A DNA stretch of 31,011 nucleotides from a virus. Taxonomy: Duplodnaviria > Caudoviricetes. The stretch lies in the IMG/VR virus record IMGVR_UViG_3300048599_000870, positions 1-31,011 of that record. The stretch is one strand, 5' to 3'. Below, one piece after another: positions 17,175 to 25,538 of the stretch. The position numbers and the translations under genes are program-made. The notes beneath the pieces are model-generated. The model was given only the letters and a program-made list of their open reading frames with translations, was not told the origin of the DNA and did not search any database. Position 1 is the first letter of the stretch. Every line of letters begins with the position of its first letter.

Positions 17175-17368
17175 CGCCGTCTCATCTCCGCAATATTCGC
17201 AAGCGTCGTGTAGTCCTTGCCGGCCACCCGCTCGATTACAAGCCTACCTCGGGCCGCTTCGCGTCGTAAACCGCTCGCGGTCATGGAGTAGTCCGGAAAG
17301 GCAATTGCTGCGGCCACTTTCAGGCGCAGCGGCTCGTCCGGCCCAACCTTATCGGGGATTTTCAACAT
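16961..17368 (-). CDS. xis: Excisionase-like protein overlapping int
   Basis: PLRLKVAAAIAFPDYSMTASGLRREAARGRLVIERVAGKDYTTL. Confidence 0.7.
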   Translation of the reverse strand: MLKIPDKVGPDEPLRLKVAAAIAFPDYSMTASGLRREAARGRLVIERVAGKDYTTLANIAEMRRRCQQRPKAQDCGFVPLAGPRKESFALPPSGSSSMEASMSPRDALRAKLSAHSKGSPNTLPANTSRRAKSAR

Positions 17369-17656
17369 GATTTTTGCCAGAGAAATTGGTGCGGCCTTGC
17401 CTTCCTTGACCCCATGCACCCATGCGACGCAGTAGTCGGGGGAGGAAGACTTTCGCTATTGGACGGGCCGCGACGCCCTCAAGGTTACTGCTGCGTCGGA
17501 AATTGTTGCAGTCGCTTGCGTTCCGCCCCTCCCCATTCGACCCGCGCAAAGCTGGAAACGCAGGTCTCGCGGCAGGGCGGAGGGAACGCTATCGTTATCG
17601 CGTGGCGACCGCGGGCACGCTCAATTCTCGCCCTGACGCAGATGGATTTGCGGGCG

Positions 17657-19588
17657 TCAATTGCCCGGATTGAGATAGGTGCCGCGCCATTCGGTCGCGC
17701 CGCAGCCGAAGAAATTGACGCAGCGGAATTCCGTGCCAAGCACGTTCCAGCCTTGCTTGACCGCAACGTCCGGACCCTCATGTCCGGCGAGATAAGCGTA
17801 AACGAAAGTCGGCACGTCCGCTGGGTCGGCAAACAGGCGCCATGAATTGCCACTGAAACGCGGCTCGACATGCAACGTCAGTTTACCAGAGAACGGGTTT
17901 GTGTCCGACACTTGCGCTGCCGCAATTGCCGCCAAAACCTGCTCACCTTCTGTTTCCTTGTCGGGACCAACGACGAGGTGCTTCGGCGCGGCATTGATCG
18001 GCGTCTTGCCGTCGAGGCCCTTCATCTTGCGCATTGATTGGCGCGCTAGACCGAGATTGGTGACATCGATCACCGTGCCGGCGGCGGCCTTGTTCCCACG
18101 GCCGGTTGTATAGATAGGATTGCCGTCATCCAGATTGACGCCATTGCCGCTGTTCACGGTAAACAGCGAGACGATCAGGTTGGCTTCAGATTCTGCCGCG
18201 GCGCGGCCCCAATCGGTGGCAAAATGTGCGAACGCGCCAAGATCGTCATTGACGATCGCCTGCAGCGTCAGGGTGAAAATCTTGCCATAAGTTTCGACCT
18301 TGAATGCCTCCTTGGATTCAGCGCGGCTGCCGTGCCGAATCTCGCCGCCCTCCAAGACCTTTTCGAGCTGCGGCATTTCGCTCAGTTTCAGCAGCGAGAT
18401 CGCGCGGAAGTCGTCAGCGAACCGCTTTCGACCCATCGCCTTCAAGGGCGACTCTGCTCGTTTGTAAGCATCAATCAGCACACGTTTGCCTGCCGACCCC
18501 AACAGATTCGGGAAATCGGACGTAGCATGTCCAGCGGAAATACCGGCATCCGCCATCATGACGCGCTCGGCAACCCGGTGGCGGCTGGCCCAAGAAATGC
18601 GCTGGCCGCTCGCTTCCAAGTTCATCACGCCAAGTTCGACTAGCGACTTGCCCATGAGGTCGCGTGCTTTTTCTTCCGGCGCCGTACCAGACATTTTTGC
18701 GTAAAGGGCAGACTCGATGGCCGAGGCGAGAAAGGTAGGATTGCTGTAAGTCTGGCCGTTGTCCCGCGAAAAGATGGCGGTATTGCCGCGCGGACCCGGC
18801 AGGTTCGCATTATGCGCATTCGCCATGGCCGTGATAAGCGCGTCACGCGCGCCTTCGAAATTGTCGGCTGCGGCAACAATGTTGTTCAGCTCAGCCAACG
18901 CGATGCCGCTGGCTTCGGCGGATTTCAGGAAGCGGCCAGCCCAAGGCTTGTCATTCGGCTGGGTTTCCATTTCGGTGTTAAGCTTCATCTTTCTCGATCC
19001 TTTCATGAGGAAATCGGGCGCGTGCGCATAAGCGTCGTAGGCAAACGACGCATAGGCCTGCGCGGGTTGTTCGGAGGTGTCGGTGGCAAAGCCAAGCTCG
19101 ATTGCCCTTTCGGAATCAAGCCAGGACTCGGCCTTCATCAGCGATGCGATCTCCTGATCGCTACGCCCGGTTCTCGCGGCATAGATACCGCGATATTGCT
19201 TCGCGAAGGTTTCGAGCCGGGATGCTGACTCACGATGCTGCGCCGCCGTGCCGAAGCACGGCGCTGACGGCTCATGGATCATTAGCAAGGCGCCTTCGCG
19301 GAACGTAATCCGGTCACCAGCCATCGCGATCAGCGACGCTGCTGACGCCGCGATAGCGTCGATGTTTACGGTGATCCGCCCTTTATGATTTTTGAGCGTG
19401 TTGTAAATCGCCAGCCCCTGCGCAGCGATACCGCCACCGGAATTGAGGTTGACGGCAATGTCGCCGGGGCCGTGCGCGGCTAGAGCGTCACGCACGTCCT
19501 TGTCGGTGAAAAAATCCGACTCGGAATAGAAGTCGATCGAGCCAACGCTTCCATAAAGCGTCAGCGTCGATCCGCTTAGGATCGTCAT
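17657..19588 (-). CDS. ClpP-like (S14) prohead protease fused to major capsid protein
   Basis: NLNSGGG, AASAASLIAMAG, LMIHEP, ESWLDSERAIELGFA; then HATSDFPNLL, DDFR, GGEIRHG, YGKIFTLTLQAIVNDDLGAF, YAYLAG, YLNPG. Confidence 0.92.
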   Translation of the reverse strand: MTILSGSTLTLYGSVGSIDFYSESDFFTDKDVRDALAAHGPGDIAVNLNSGGGIAAQGLAIYNTLKNHKGRITVNIDAIAASAASLIAMAGDRITFREGALLMIHEPSAPCFGTAAQHRESASRLETFAKQYRGIYAARTGRSDQEIASLMKAESWLDSERAIELGFATDTSEQPAQAYASFAYDAYAHAPDFLMKGSRKMKLNTEMETQPNDKPWAGRFLKSAEASGIALAELNNIVAAADNFEGARDALITAMANAHNANLPGPRGNTAIFSRDNGQTYSNPTFLASAIESALYAKMSGTAPEEKARDLMGKSLVELGVMNLEASGQRISWASRHRVAERVMMADAGISAGHATSDFPNLLGSAGKRVLIDAYKRAESPLKAMGRKRFADDFRAISLLKLSEMPQLEKVLEGGEIRHGSRAESKEAFKVETYGKIFTLTLQAIVNDDLGAFAHFATDWGRAAAESEANLIVSLFTVNSGNGVNLDDGNPIYTTGRGNKAAAGTVIDVTNLGLARQSMRKMKGLDGKTPINAAPKHLVVGPDKETEGEQVLAAIAAAQVSDTNPFSGKLTLHVEPRFSGNSWRLFADPADVPTFVYAYLAGHEGPDVAVKQGWNVLGTEFRCVNFFGCGATEWRGTYLNPGN

Positions 19589-19643
19589 CGTCGATTCCTG
19601 TTTGCTACAGATAATGCTCGGCGGCGATGGCCGAACGGCCGGA

Positions 19644-20192
19644 TCAATCGATCCCGATATCGAGCTTCTTGGCGCGAGCGATCAGCCGGCGATCCGCAGC
19701 ACTCACGTTAATCAGCAGCACGCGGAACGGCGTCGTTCCTTCCTCCGACTCTTCTTCCTGAAAGCGAGCAGCAATTTGCCCCGTCGCCTCATGCCAAGTG
19801 CCGGCATAGTGCCCCTTAAAGCGACGATCATCCGAGAACTCGCCATCCGAGCTGGCATCGAACGCGATCACCGCAAACCAGAAATCGGACAGAAACTTAC
19901 GATGAATGTTGCGCGGCGCCGAGGCCATGAAGCCCTCGACAGCGCCGGCATAGGACGCAATTCGAAGCGCTTCCTCCATCGAGATCGACCAATCGGCAGA
20001 TACCTGCCGGGCCAGCTCGATCGCCAAGGCGTCCGAATAATGCAACCGTTTGCCGAGCGCGATCTCGTTCGCCAAATAGCAGCCGGGCAACAGCGGATAG
20101 TCATCGCGGCAGAACCCCGCGATTTCTTCCGGCGCAACGCCGGTCAGCTTGCAAAACACGGCCTGATCGATGCCGCTTTCGTAATTGGACAT
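19644..20192 (-). CDS. Hypothetical protein, N-terminus weakly MerR-like HTH
   Basis: 182 aa, AGGGGGA RBS; IDQAVFCKLTGVAPEEI. Confidence 0.65.
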   Translation of the reverse strand: MSNYESGIDQAVFCKLTGVAPEEIAGFCRDDYPLLPGCYLANEIALGKRLHYSDALAIELARQVSADWSISMEEALRIASYAGAVEGFMASAPRNIHRKFLSDFWFAVIAFDASSDGEFSDDRRFKGHYAGTWHEATGQIAARFQEEESEEGTTPFRVLLINVSAADRRLIARAKKLDIGID

Positions 20193-20273
20193 GATTGTCC
20201 CCCTTTCAAAATGAAAACGCCCGGCGGGATGGCCGGGCGATCGAATTGCGTGATGTTAGGGTTGTGCTGGATT

Positions 20274-20861
20274 CTATGTATAGACATCCACTCCTTTTTT
20301 CTTTTCGCGCAAAGCGCTGTCTTTCGCGCGGTAGTGGCCCCGAAGCGCTGCCAGCGCTGTGCGTAGTTCGCCTTTCGCAAATAGCGAGGCTTGGCCTCGG
20401 CCTTTCACATATTGCTCGCCAAATTGGACCCAAGACATCTCTTGGCAAACAACTTGAATCATAACCAGATAGCGCCGGCCTTTCGGAAACCCCAGCTCTG
20501 CTGCGGCATCTCGAAAAGCCTTGGAGGCGTCAGAGAATGTTTCACCGACCCGATCACCAAATGCGCTGTCGCCAGATTGCACGCGGCATCCAAGTTCAAG
20601 ATGCCGCTCCGCAATCTGAAAATTCGATCTAATCGCACCTGCCGGATTCTGATAGCGTTCGTAACTGCGCGCGAATCTTACTGCAGTCACATACAGTTCC
20701 TCGTTCAATTGCGGCTCGCCGGGCGCCAGTTCGCCGGCGTCTCGCAATTCCAAAATTGGCGGCTTGGCTCGGTAAATAGTGCGTTCGCGCACCACATGCC
20801 GGCGTCGGCTGATAGCCTTCGGCATCAGTTTCAACCTTTCGAATCGGTAGTCTCGACGCAA
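20274..20861 (-). CDS. DUF6456-like transcription regulator (late activator/antiterminator-like); start may be ATG 20825
   Basis: AVRFARSYE...ASKAFRDAAAELG...VMIQVVCQEMSW...ELRTALAALRGHY pattern. Confidence 0.55.
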   Translation of the reverse strand: MRRDYRFERLKLMPKAISRRRHVVRERTIYRAKPPILELRDAGELAPGEPQLNEELYVTAVRFARSYERYQNPAGAIRSNFQIAERHLELGCRVQSGDSAFGDRVGETFSDASKAFRDAAAELGFPKGRRYLVMIQVVCQEMSWVQFGEQYVKGRGQASLFAKGELRTALAALRGHYRAKDSALREKKKGVDVYT

Positions 20862-21017
20862 CGAGCGTCGGTCAACGATGGCTAATGTTTGGTAAGTCCG
20901 CGAAAGGCGGATCGGCTTATGGGCGGGCGCGTATGAGCGCTATTCCAGCGACTATCGCGCGATCGGAAAGATCGAGAATTATAACTCTCTGATTTTCCAT
21001 CATGTCGCGCATGGAGT

Positions 21018-21056
21018 GTCCCGTTTAAACGGGACGCCGCCTCGACGGCGGCGTCC
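21018..21056. promoter_or_regulatory. Two overlapping inverted repeats
   Basis: Perfect palindrome GTCCCGTTTAAACGGGAC 21018-21035 and stem GGACGCCGCC-TCGAC-GGCGGCGTCC 21032-21056. Confidence 0.5.
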
Positions 21057-21099
21057 AGTGATTCGCAGTAAAGATTCTGCGGCAGAATGCCGATCGATT

Positions 21100-21414
21100 C
21101 TAGTTGGTCGTACAGCCATCCAATAACGCGGCAACACGCGCCTTCACCGCGAAGCCAAAGCTCGTTGCCGCGGGGGCAGCCATTATCGTCGCCACGATTC
21201 GCATCACCCGTTCGTTTGCGGCGTGCGCGATCGGCAAGCTGGCCTTAGCTGGTGCTTCGTCAAACCGGGCTGCATGATCCCACGCACGCTGAAAGTCACA
21301 TCCGAGCGCGAGCAGATGCGAGTCTGAGTGAGTCTTGTGTTTCGCCATTCCCGAATCCTCTCCTGTTGCTAGTGCTGCAACCATGCGATGATCGGGACGT
21401 TTCGCAAATAGCAC
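21100..21414 (-). CDS. Small helical hypothetical protein; start uncertain
   Basis: DSHLLALGCDF...IMAAPAATSFGFAVKARVA pattern; internal ATG (MAKHK) follows a GAGGA RBS. Confidence 0.5.
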   Translation of the reverse strand: MLFAKRPDHRMVAALATGEDSGMAKHKTHSDSHLLALGCDFQRAWDHAARFDEAPAKASLPIAHAANERVMRIVATIMAAPAATSFGFAVKARVAALLDGCTTN

Positions 21415-21487
21415 GATCAGTTAGTTTGACGGGTTTTTCGATTTTAATGCGACTGTTTTTCCGCGGAGACTAACACAAAGCGCTAGC

Positions 21488-22354
21488 TCAATCGGGCAGC
21501 CTGTTTGGCATACTGGGCCTACTCAGGATTCTTCCGATAAAGGGCCGCCGCGAATATGTCCGCGCTATCTCTCGATAGACCTTGTTGGCTTCATCGGGCT
21601 TTTTTTCGTACCACTTGCTCAACTTCATCATATTTTCGTAGCTGCGGACAGCTACGAGACCCGACGCAAAAATAGAGCCTGACAGCCCAACGAAGTCGCA
21701 CAACAAGACAAAGCCAATGACAGAAGCCGATACGGCCGCCGAAAAGCTCGGGTCGACATAAATATCTCGAAGAATTGCAACGTGTATGCAAAAGGCACCC
21801 AGCAAAACAGCGGCTAGCAAAATGCAAAGACCAGATATCCACGCACCGAAGAAAACCGTCACCCCCCAACCTAGCTGCACATGATCACCGAGGTACCGGT
21901 CCGGAAAAACGACCGAACTCACGTCATATCCAACTTCAAGAAACTCAGAGACAGCGGAATTCCGCTTGCTAATTTTTTGAATGTACGCCTTCACCATATC
22001 CTTCAGAATATTTTCGTGAATATTTGAAAACGTAACAGCAAGCCCAAGCAGAGCGGAAACGACGACAAGCACTTCCCGAAGATTGCGGCTTGCCTCTGGG
22101 GTAATTCCGGCGACTGAAACCTTTGCCTGAATTGGAATAAGCGCCATCATCAAGAGAGCGAAGATCGGTATTTGAAAACCCAATAACTTGAAATTCCTAG
22201 AATCTATCGTATCCCGTCGCCTTTGAACGACCTCGATAAACTTCTCACTGAAAATGTTCGCGTTAGAGGTTTTGACCAACTGGTTGTAAAACATCTGCCG
22301 TCTGATAGCGGAGAAAGACCGCCACCTACGATTATAAAGTCGCGCTGCCCGCAT
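21488..22354 (-). CDS. Multi-pass (about 4 TM) membrane protein, AT-richer cargo
   Basis: Four hydrophobic segments; visibly lower GC than flanks; GAGGA RBS. Confidence 0.8.
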   Translation of the reverse strand: MRAARLYNRRWRSFSAIRRQMFYNQLVKTSNANIFSEKFIEVVQRRRDTIDSRNFKLLGFQIPIFALLMMALIPIQAKVSVAGITPEASRNLREVLVVVSALLGLAVTFSNIHENILKDMVKAYIQKISKRNSAVSEFLEVGYDVSSVVFPDRYLGDHVQLGWGVTVFFGAWISGLCILLAAVLLGAFCIHVAILRDIYVDPSFSAAVSASVIGFVLLCDFVGLSGSIFASGLVAVRSYENMMKLSKWYEKKPDEANKVYREIARTYSRRPFIGRILSRPSMPNRLPD

Positions 22355-22497
22355 GAGGCTTCCTCGTTCGTGGAATTCGACATGCTTCTACGCGTCAAAG
22401 TGGTTGCCACGAATAACTAATCGATCGGAGGTTTCGTGGCCGGATGGGGATTGCGGGGATAATGTGGAACCACCCACGCGAGCCGAGATGCGAGATA

Positions 22498-24489
22498 TTA
22501 GGGCGCCGGCGCGGCTTCTGGCATGCTCTTGCCGGTCGATCCGGCGGTGCCTTTCTCGGGAATGCCGCCGTTGATGCGCAGGTTTCCAATCGCGTTGGAA
22601 ATCTGATTTTTGATGCGGGTCAGGAAGTCGGGCGAAGGCTCAACCGTAACCTTTACGTTCACATCGGCGGCGCCTTCCAGCTTGGCCGTGACGTTTGCGT
22701 TGCCGATCGCCTGCTGTACCGCGTCGATCGTCAGCGGCTTGAACGACCCATCAGCATTCCGGTGGCCGCGTTCCAGCATGATTTCCCGCCACGATTGCCC
22801 AGTCGGAGCTTTCGTCAGCAAATCCGCCTGCGTTGCCTGCTGGATCGCCGCGGCGAGCCACGGCACGGTCATGGAGCGCGCCGTAACCGAGGACGTGGCA
22901 GCGCCACCCGCGGCGCCAGCCACACCGCCCGCCGCAGCCGAGCCCGCGCCGAACAGGCCTCCGATCGCGCCGGCTGCGGTTGCGAGCTTGCCGACGATGA
23001 TCGCCAGCGGGCCGAGCGCGGCGGTGGCCATACCTGCGTAAGTGGCCAATTCCAGCACTTTGGGCGAAGTCTCGGAAATCCGATTGAGGCCGGATGCAAG
23101 AGCGTCGATGGTTTTGCTCACGTTGTCGATCACGCCGGTTTTGGCGAGCGTCAGCACCAAGTTTTCCGTCGAGGACAAGAGCCGCTGATGCGCACCATAC
23201 ACGCCTTGCTCCATGATCCGGGCGCCTTTTTCGGTGAAGCCCGAGGCCTCGCGCCGCATCGTGTCCGTGTTCTTGAAGAAATCCGGCGTCAGCAGAGTGG
23301 CGATACGCGAGCCTTGGCGCTGATCAAAGATGCGCGCGAGCTGGCCGGCGGAAGCCTGCTTTTCCATCAGCGCCTTGACGAGTCCAGGCATGTTGAGCCG
23401 CTCGGTGTTGGCGAGCAGGTAGGCACCCACGGCATCGGCGATCTTTTCCCGGTTTTCCGGGGAATCGATGTCCGATCCTTTGATAATCGCATCCGTTAGC
23501 GCGGGGATCATGTCGCCGCGCGCACCTTTATAGGCCGCGCTGCCGATGATTTGGTCGATTGCTGCCTTGTGGTTGCGCGCCGAAATGCCGGATTGCTCCA
23601 GAGACCTGATCAACCCTCCGGAGTCGATCGGCCGTTGCTGCGAGAATTGGTCAAACTGGAGATTCAATTCCGCCATCGCCGCACGCGCCTTGCTAGTCGG
23701 CGCAACCATGCGGACAAGCATGGAGCGGAGTGCAACGCCGGCTTCGTCGCCCCGTTGGCCGTTGTTCGTCATGGTAGCGATCGCGCCGGCCAGTTCCTCC
23801 ATCTGGACGCCGGCGATCTTCGCCATCGGCGCGGCATATTTGAAGCCCTGCGCCACGTCCATCACATCGGCCTTGGAGGACGCCGCCGTTTTCGCGACCA
23901 GATCGCCGACATAGCGGGCCTGCTTTTGTGCGCTGACAACATCATCCATCGCCAAGCGATACGCGCTGGCAATCGCAGTGATGGTGTCGGCGGCCTTTTT
24001 CGGATTGATGCCGTCGCCCAAGAGCGCGAAATCGAGGGTCGGGCCAGCCATGCCGCGCGCCTGTTCGAACGTGCGACCCGCCTTGATGTAGGTGGAAATC
24101 ATTTCTAGCGCTTGGGTTGCACTGAATTGCGTGGTCGCGCCGAGTTTGCGGGCATCGCGATCGACGATCTTGGCCTGTTCGGCCGTCAGCTCGCCCATTG
24201 CCTGCGCTTCATTCAACTTTTTTTCGTATTGCAGAACGGTGTCATAGCCGCGCTTGGCGGCGAAGGCTGCCGGCAGCGCGGCTGCGATCGATGCGCGGGT
24301 GCCGAACGCGACCATCTTGCGGCCTGACGCCTCGACCTTTTGCGACATGGCAGCAATCGGCGCAGCGGCACCGCTCACGGCTTTGGCGGCGGCGTTGATG
24401 CGGCGGATTTTGTTGGCAATCTGATCGAAAACGCCACCCGTCGCGTCCGTCGCCGAGACAACGGCGCGAGCTTCCATAACTTTGGTCAT
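22498..24489 (-). CDS. Phage tail tape-measure protein (TP901-family core), about 663 aa
   Basis: ARKLGATTQFSATQA, GFKYAAPMAKIAG, GQRGDEAGVALRSML, Ala/Gly-rich helical composition; start set at ATG 24489. Confidence 0.92.
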   Translation of the reverse strand: MTKVMEARAVVSATDATGGVFDQIANKIRRINAAAKAVSGAAAPIAAMSQKVEASGRKMVAFGTRASIAAALPAAFAAKRGYDTVLQYEKKLNEAQAMGELTAEQAKIVDRDARKLGATTQFSATQALEMISTYIKAGRTFEQARGMAGPTLDFALLGDGINPKKAADTITAIASAYRLAMDDVVSAQKQARYVGDLVAKTAASSKADVMDVAQGFKYAAPMAKIAGVQMEELAGAIATMTNNGQRGDEAGVALRSMLVRMVAPTSKARAAMAELNLQFDQFSQQRPIDSGGLIRSLEQSGISARNHKAAIDQIIGSAAYKGARGDMIPALTDAIIKGSDIDSPENREKIADAVGAYLLANTERLNMPGLVKALMEKQASAGQLARIFDQRQGSRIATLLTPDFFKNTDTMRREASGFTEKGARIMEQGVYGAHQRLLSSTENLVLTLAKTGVIDNVSKTIDALASGLNRISETSPKVLELATYAGMATAALGPLAIIVGKLATAAGAIGGLFGAGSAAAGGVAGAAGGAATSSVTARSMTVPWLAAAIQQATQADLLTKAPTGQSWREIMLERGHRNADGSFKPLTIDAVQQAIGNANVTAKLEGAADVNVKVTVEPSPDFLTRIKNQISNAIGNLRINGGIPEKGTAGSTGKSMPEAAPAP

Positions 24490-24504
24490 GTGAGATTTAA
24501 ACCT

Positions 24505-24626
24505 TTGAGCGTTGACCGGCTGACAACCTGTCAACCAAGTCAACTCAGTTTTACGAAAGCGCCGCTACCACTTTTTCGGGCCGCGGCGCGGGCGCACTAG
24601 GCCGGGGTCGGGGAAGGACCCGTGAA
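24505..24626 (-). other. Putative lambda-type cos packaging site
   Basis: Minus strand TTCACGGGTCCTTCCC containing cosQ heptamer GGGTCCT (24621-24615), then GC-rich segment, A-tract and GTTGAC repeats at 24511-24544. Confidence 0.6.
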
Positions 24627-24953
24627 TTATCGTTTGAAGCCAAGCACTCGGAAGGCTTCATCCATCCAGAAGCCGAACGGTGCGCGCGGGTCGATCAGGA
24701 TGTCGTCGAGGTTGCCGAGCCCATAGCGCCGAGCCCACGACATCGCCGTGCCGTTCAATGCGTAGGGCTTGCCATCGCAGATGATGACGATCGCGGCCAT
24801 GTGCGCATTGCCCCACGCGCTGACCTTCACCTTGTCGCGCACGAACGGCCAGTCATGCGGATACTCGCGCTTGTGAACATTGACCGCCCGTAGCAGCACT
24901 TTGTCGGCACGCCAGCGCCGCACAGCCTCGCGGATTTCACGAAATGATTTCAT
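24627..24953 (-). CDS. DUF2511 (YebY)-like protein
   Basis: DWPFVRDKV...DGKPYALNGTA...LDDILIDP; GAGGGG RBS. Confidence 0.55.
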   Translation of the reverse strand: MKSFREIREAVRRWRADKVLLRAVNVHKREYPHDWPFVRDKVKVSAWGNAHMAAIVIICDGKPYALNGTAMSWARRYGLGNLDDILIDPRAPFGFWMDEAFRVLGFKR

Positions 24954-24980
24954 AGCGGTCCCCCTCTTGGTCGGTTGCGA

Positions 24981-25262
24981 TTAAACGGCATCAAGCTCAC
25001 CGAACACCTTGCGGTATTCGTCGGGTCGCAGATGGCAGTAAACGGCCTTGCCAGCTTCGGTAGCTGCCCAGATCGGACAGCGCATCGGGCTATAGGTTAC
25101 AGATGCCAGCTTGCGCCGGATCAGCCCATAGAGCAGCGGATCAGCGCGCTCGCTGGCGCTGACCGGATACGAAAAACCGCACAGCGCGCGCAGCACGCCC
25201 CATTGCCGAGCATCCATACGCTGCGCAAAGCTCAATTGATCGTCGGTAAACAACGCACTCAT
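24981..25262 (-). CDS. Hypothetical protein
   Basis: ATG 25262 with AAGGA RBS; LIRRKLAS...WAATEAGK wHTH-like. Confidence 0.5.
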   Translation of the reverse strand: MSALFTDDQLSFAQRMDARQWGVLRALCGFSYPVSASERADPLLYGLIRRKLASVTYSPMRCPIWAATEAGKAVYCHLRPDEYRKVFGELDAV

Positions 25263-25284
25263 GGGTTTTCCTTTATGTTGAGAG

Positions 25285-25537
25285 ACTGTCACTGGCGTCA
25301 CTACCTGCCTCGCAAAGCCAGTGACGCAAGAAATCTTTGCAGAATGGGCGGTGACACTAGTGTCTCTAGTGTCTTTAGGAAAAAGAGAAATCAGCGGACG
25401 CGGAAAGCGTTGCGCTAATCATATTTCCTTACACGCGCGCGCGACCGGTGACGGTAGTGACGCTAGTGACAATGCCCAATTTTATTGGCTTAAAGCCGTC
25501 ACCGGCTCTTATGCCGAGCCGGTGACGCCGGTGACAG
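25285..25537. repeat. Iteron array, putative satellite origin
   Basis: GTGAC at 25321, 25351, 25448, 25457, 25466, 25522, 25531; GTCAC at 25288, 25297, 25498; 9-bp period; A/T-rich spacers; directly downstream of the helicase. Confidence 0.75.
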
Positions 25538-25538
25538 T

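Noticed and set aside
19602-23499. Long plus-strand ORFs in the satellite (19602..20366, 22444..23499)
   Set aside because: Antisense shadows of well-supported minus-strand genes in GC-rich DNA
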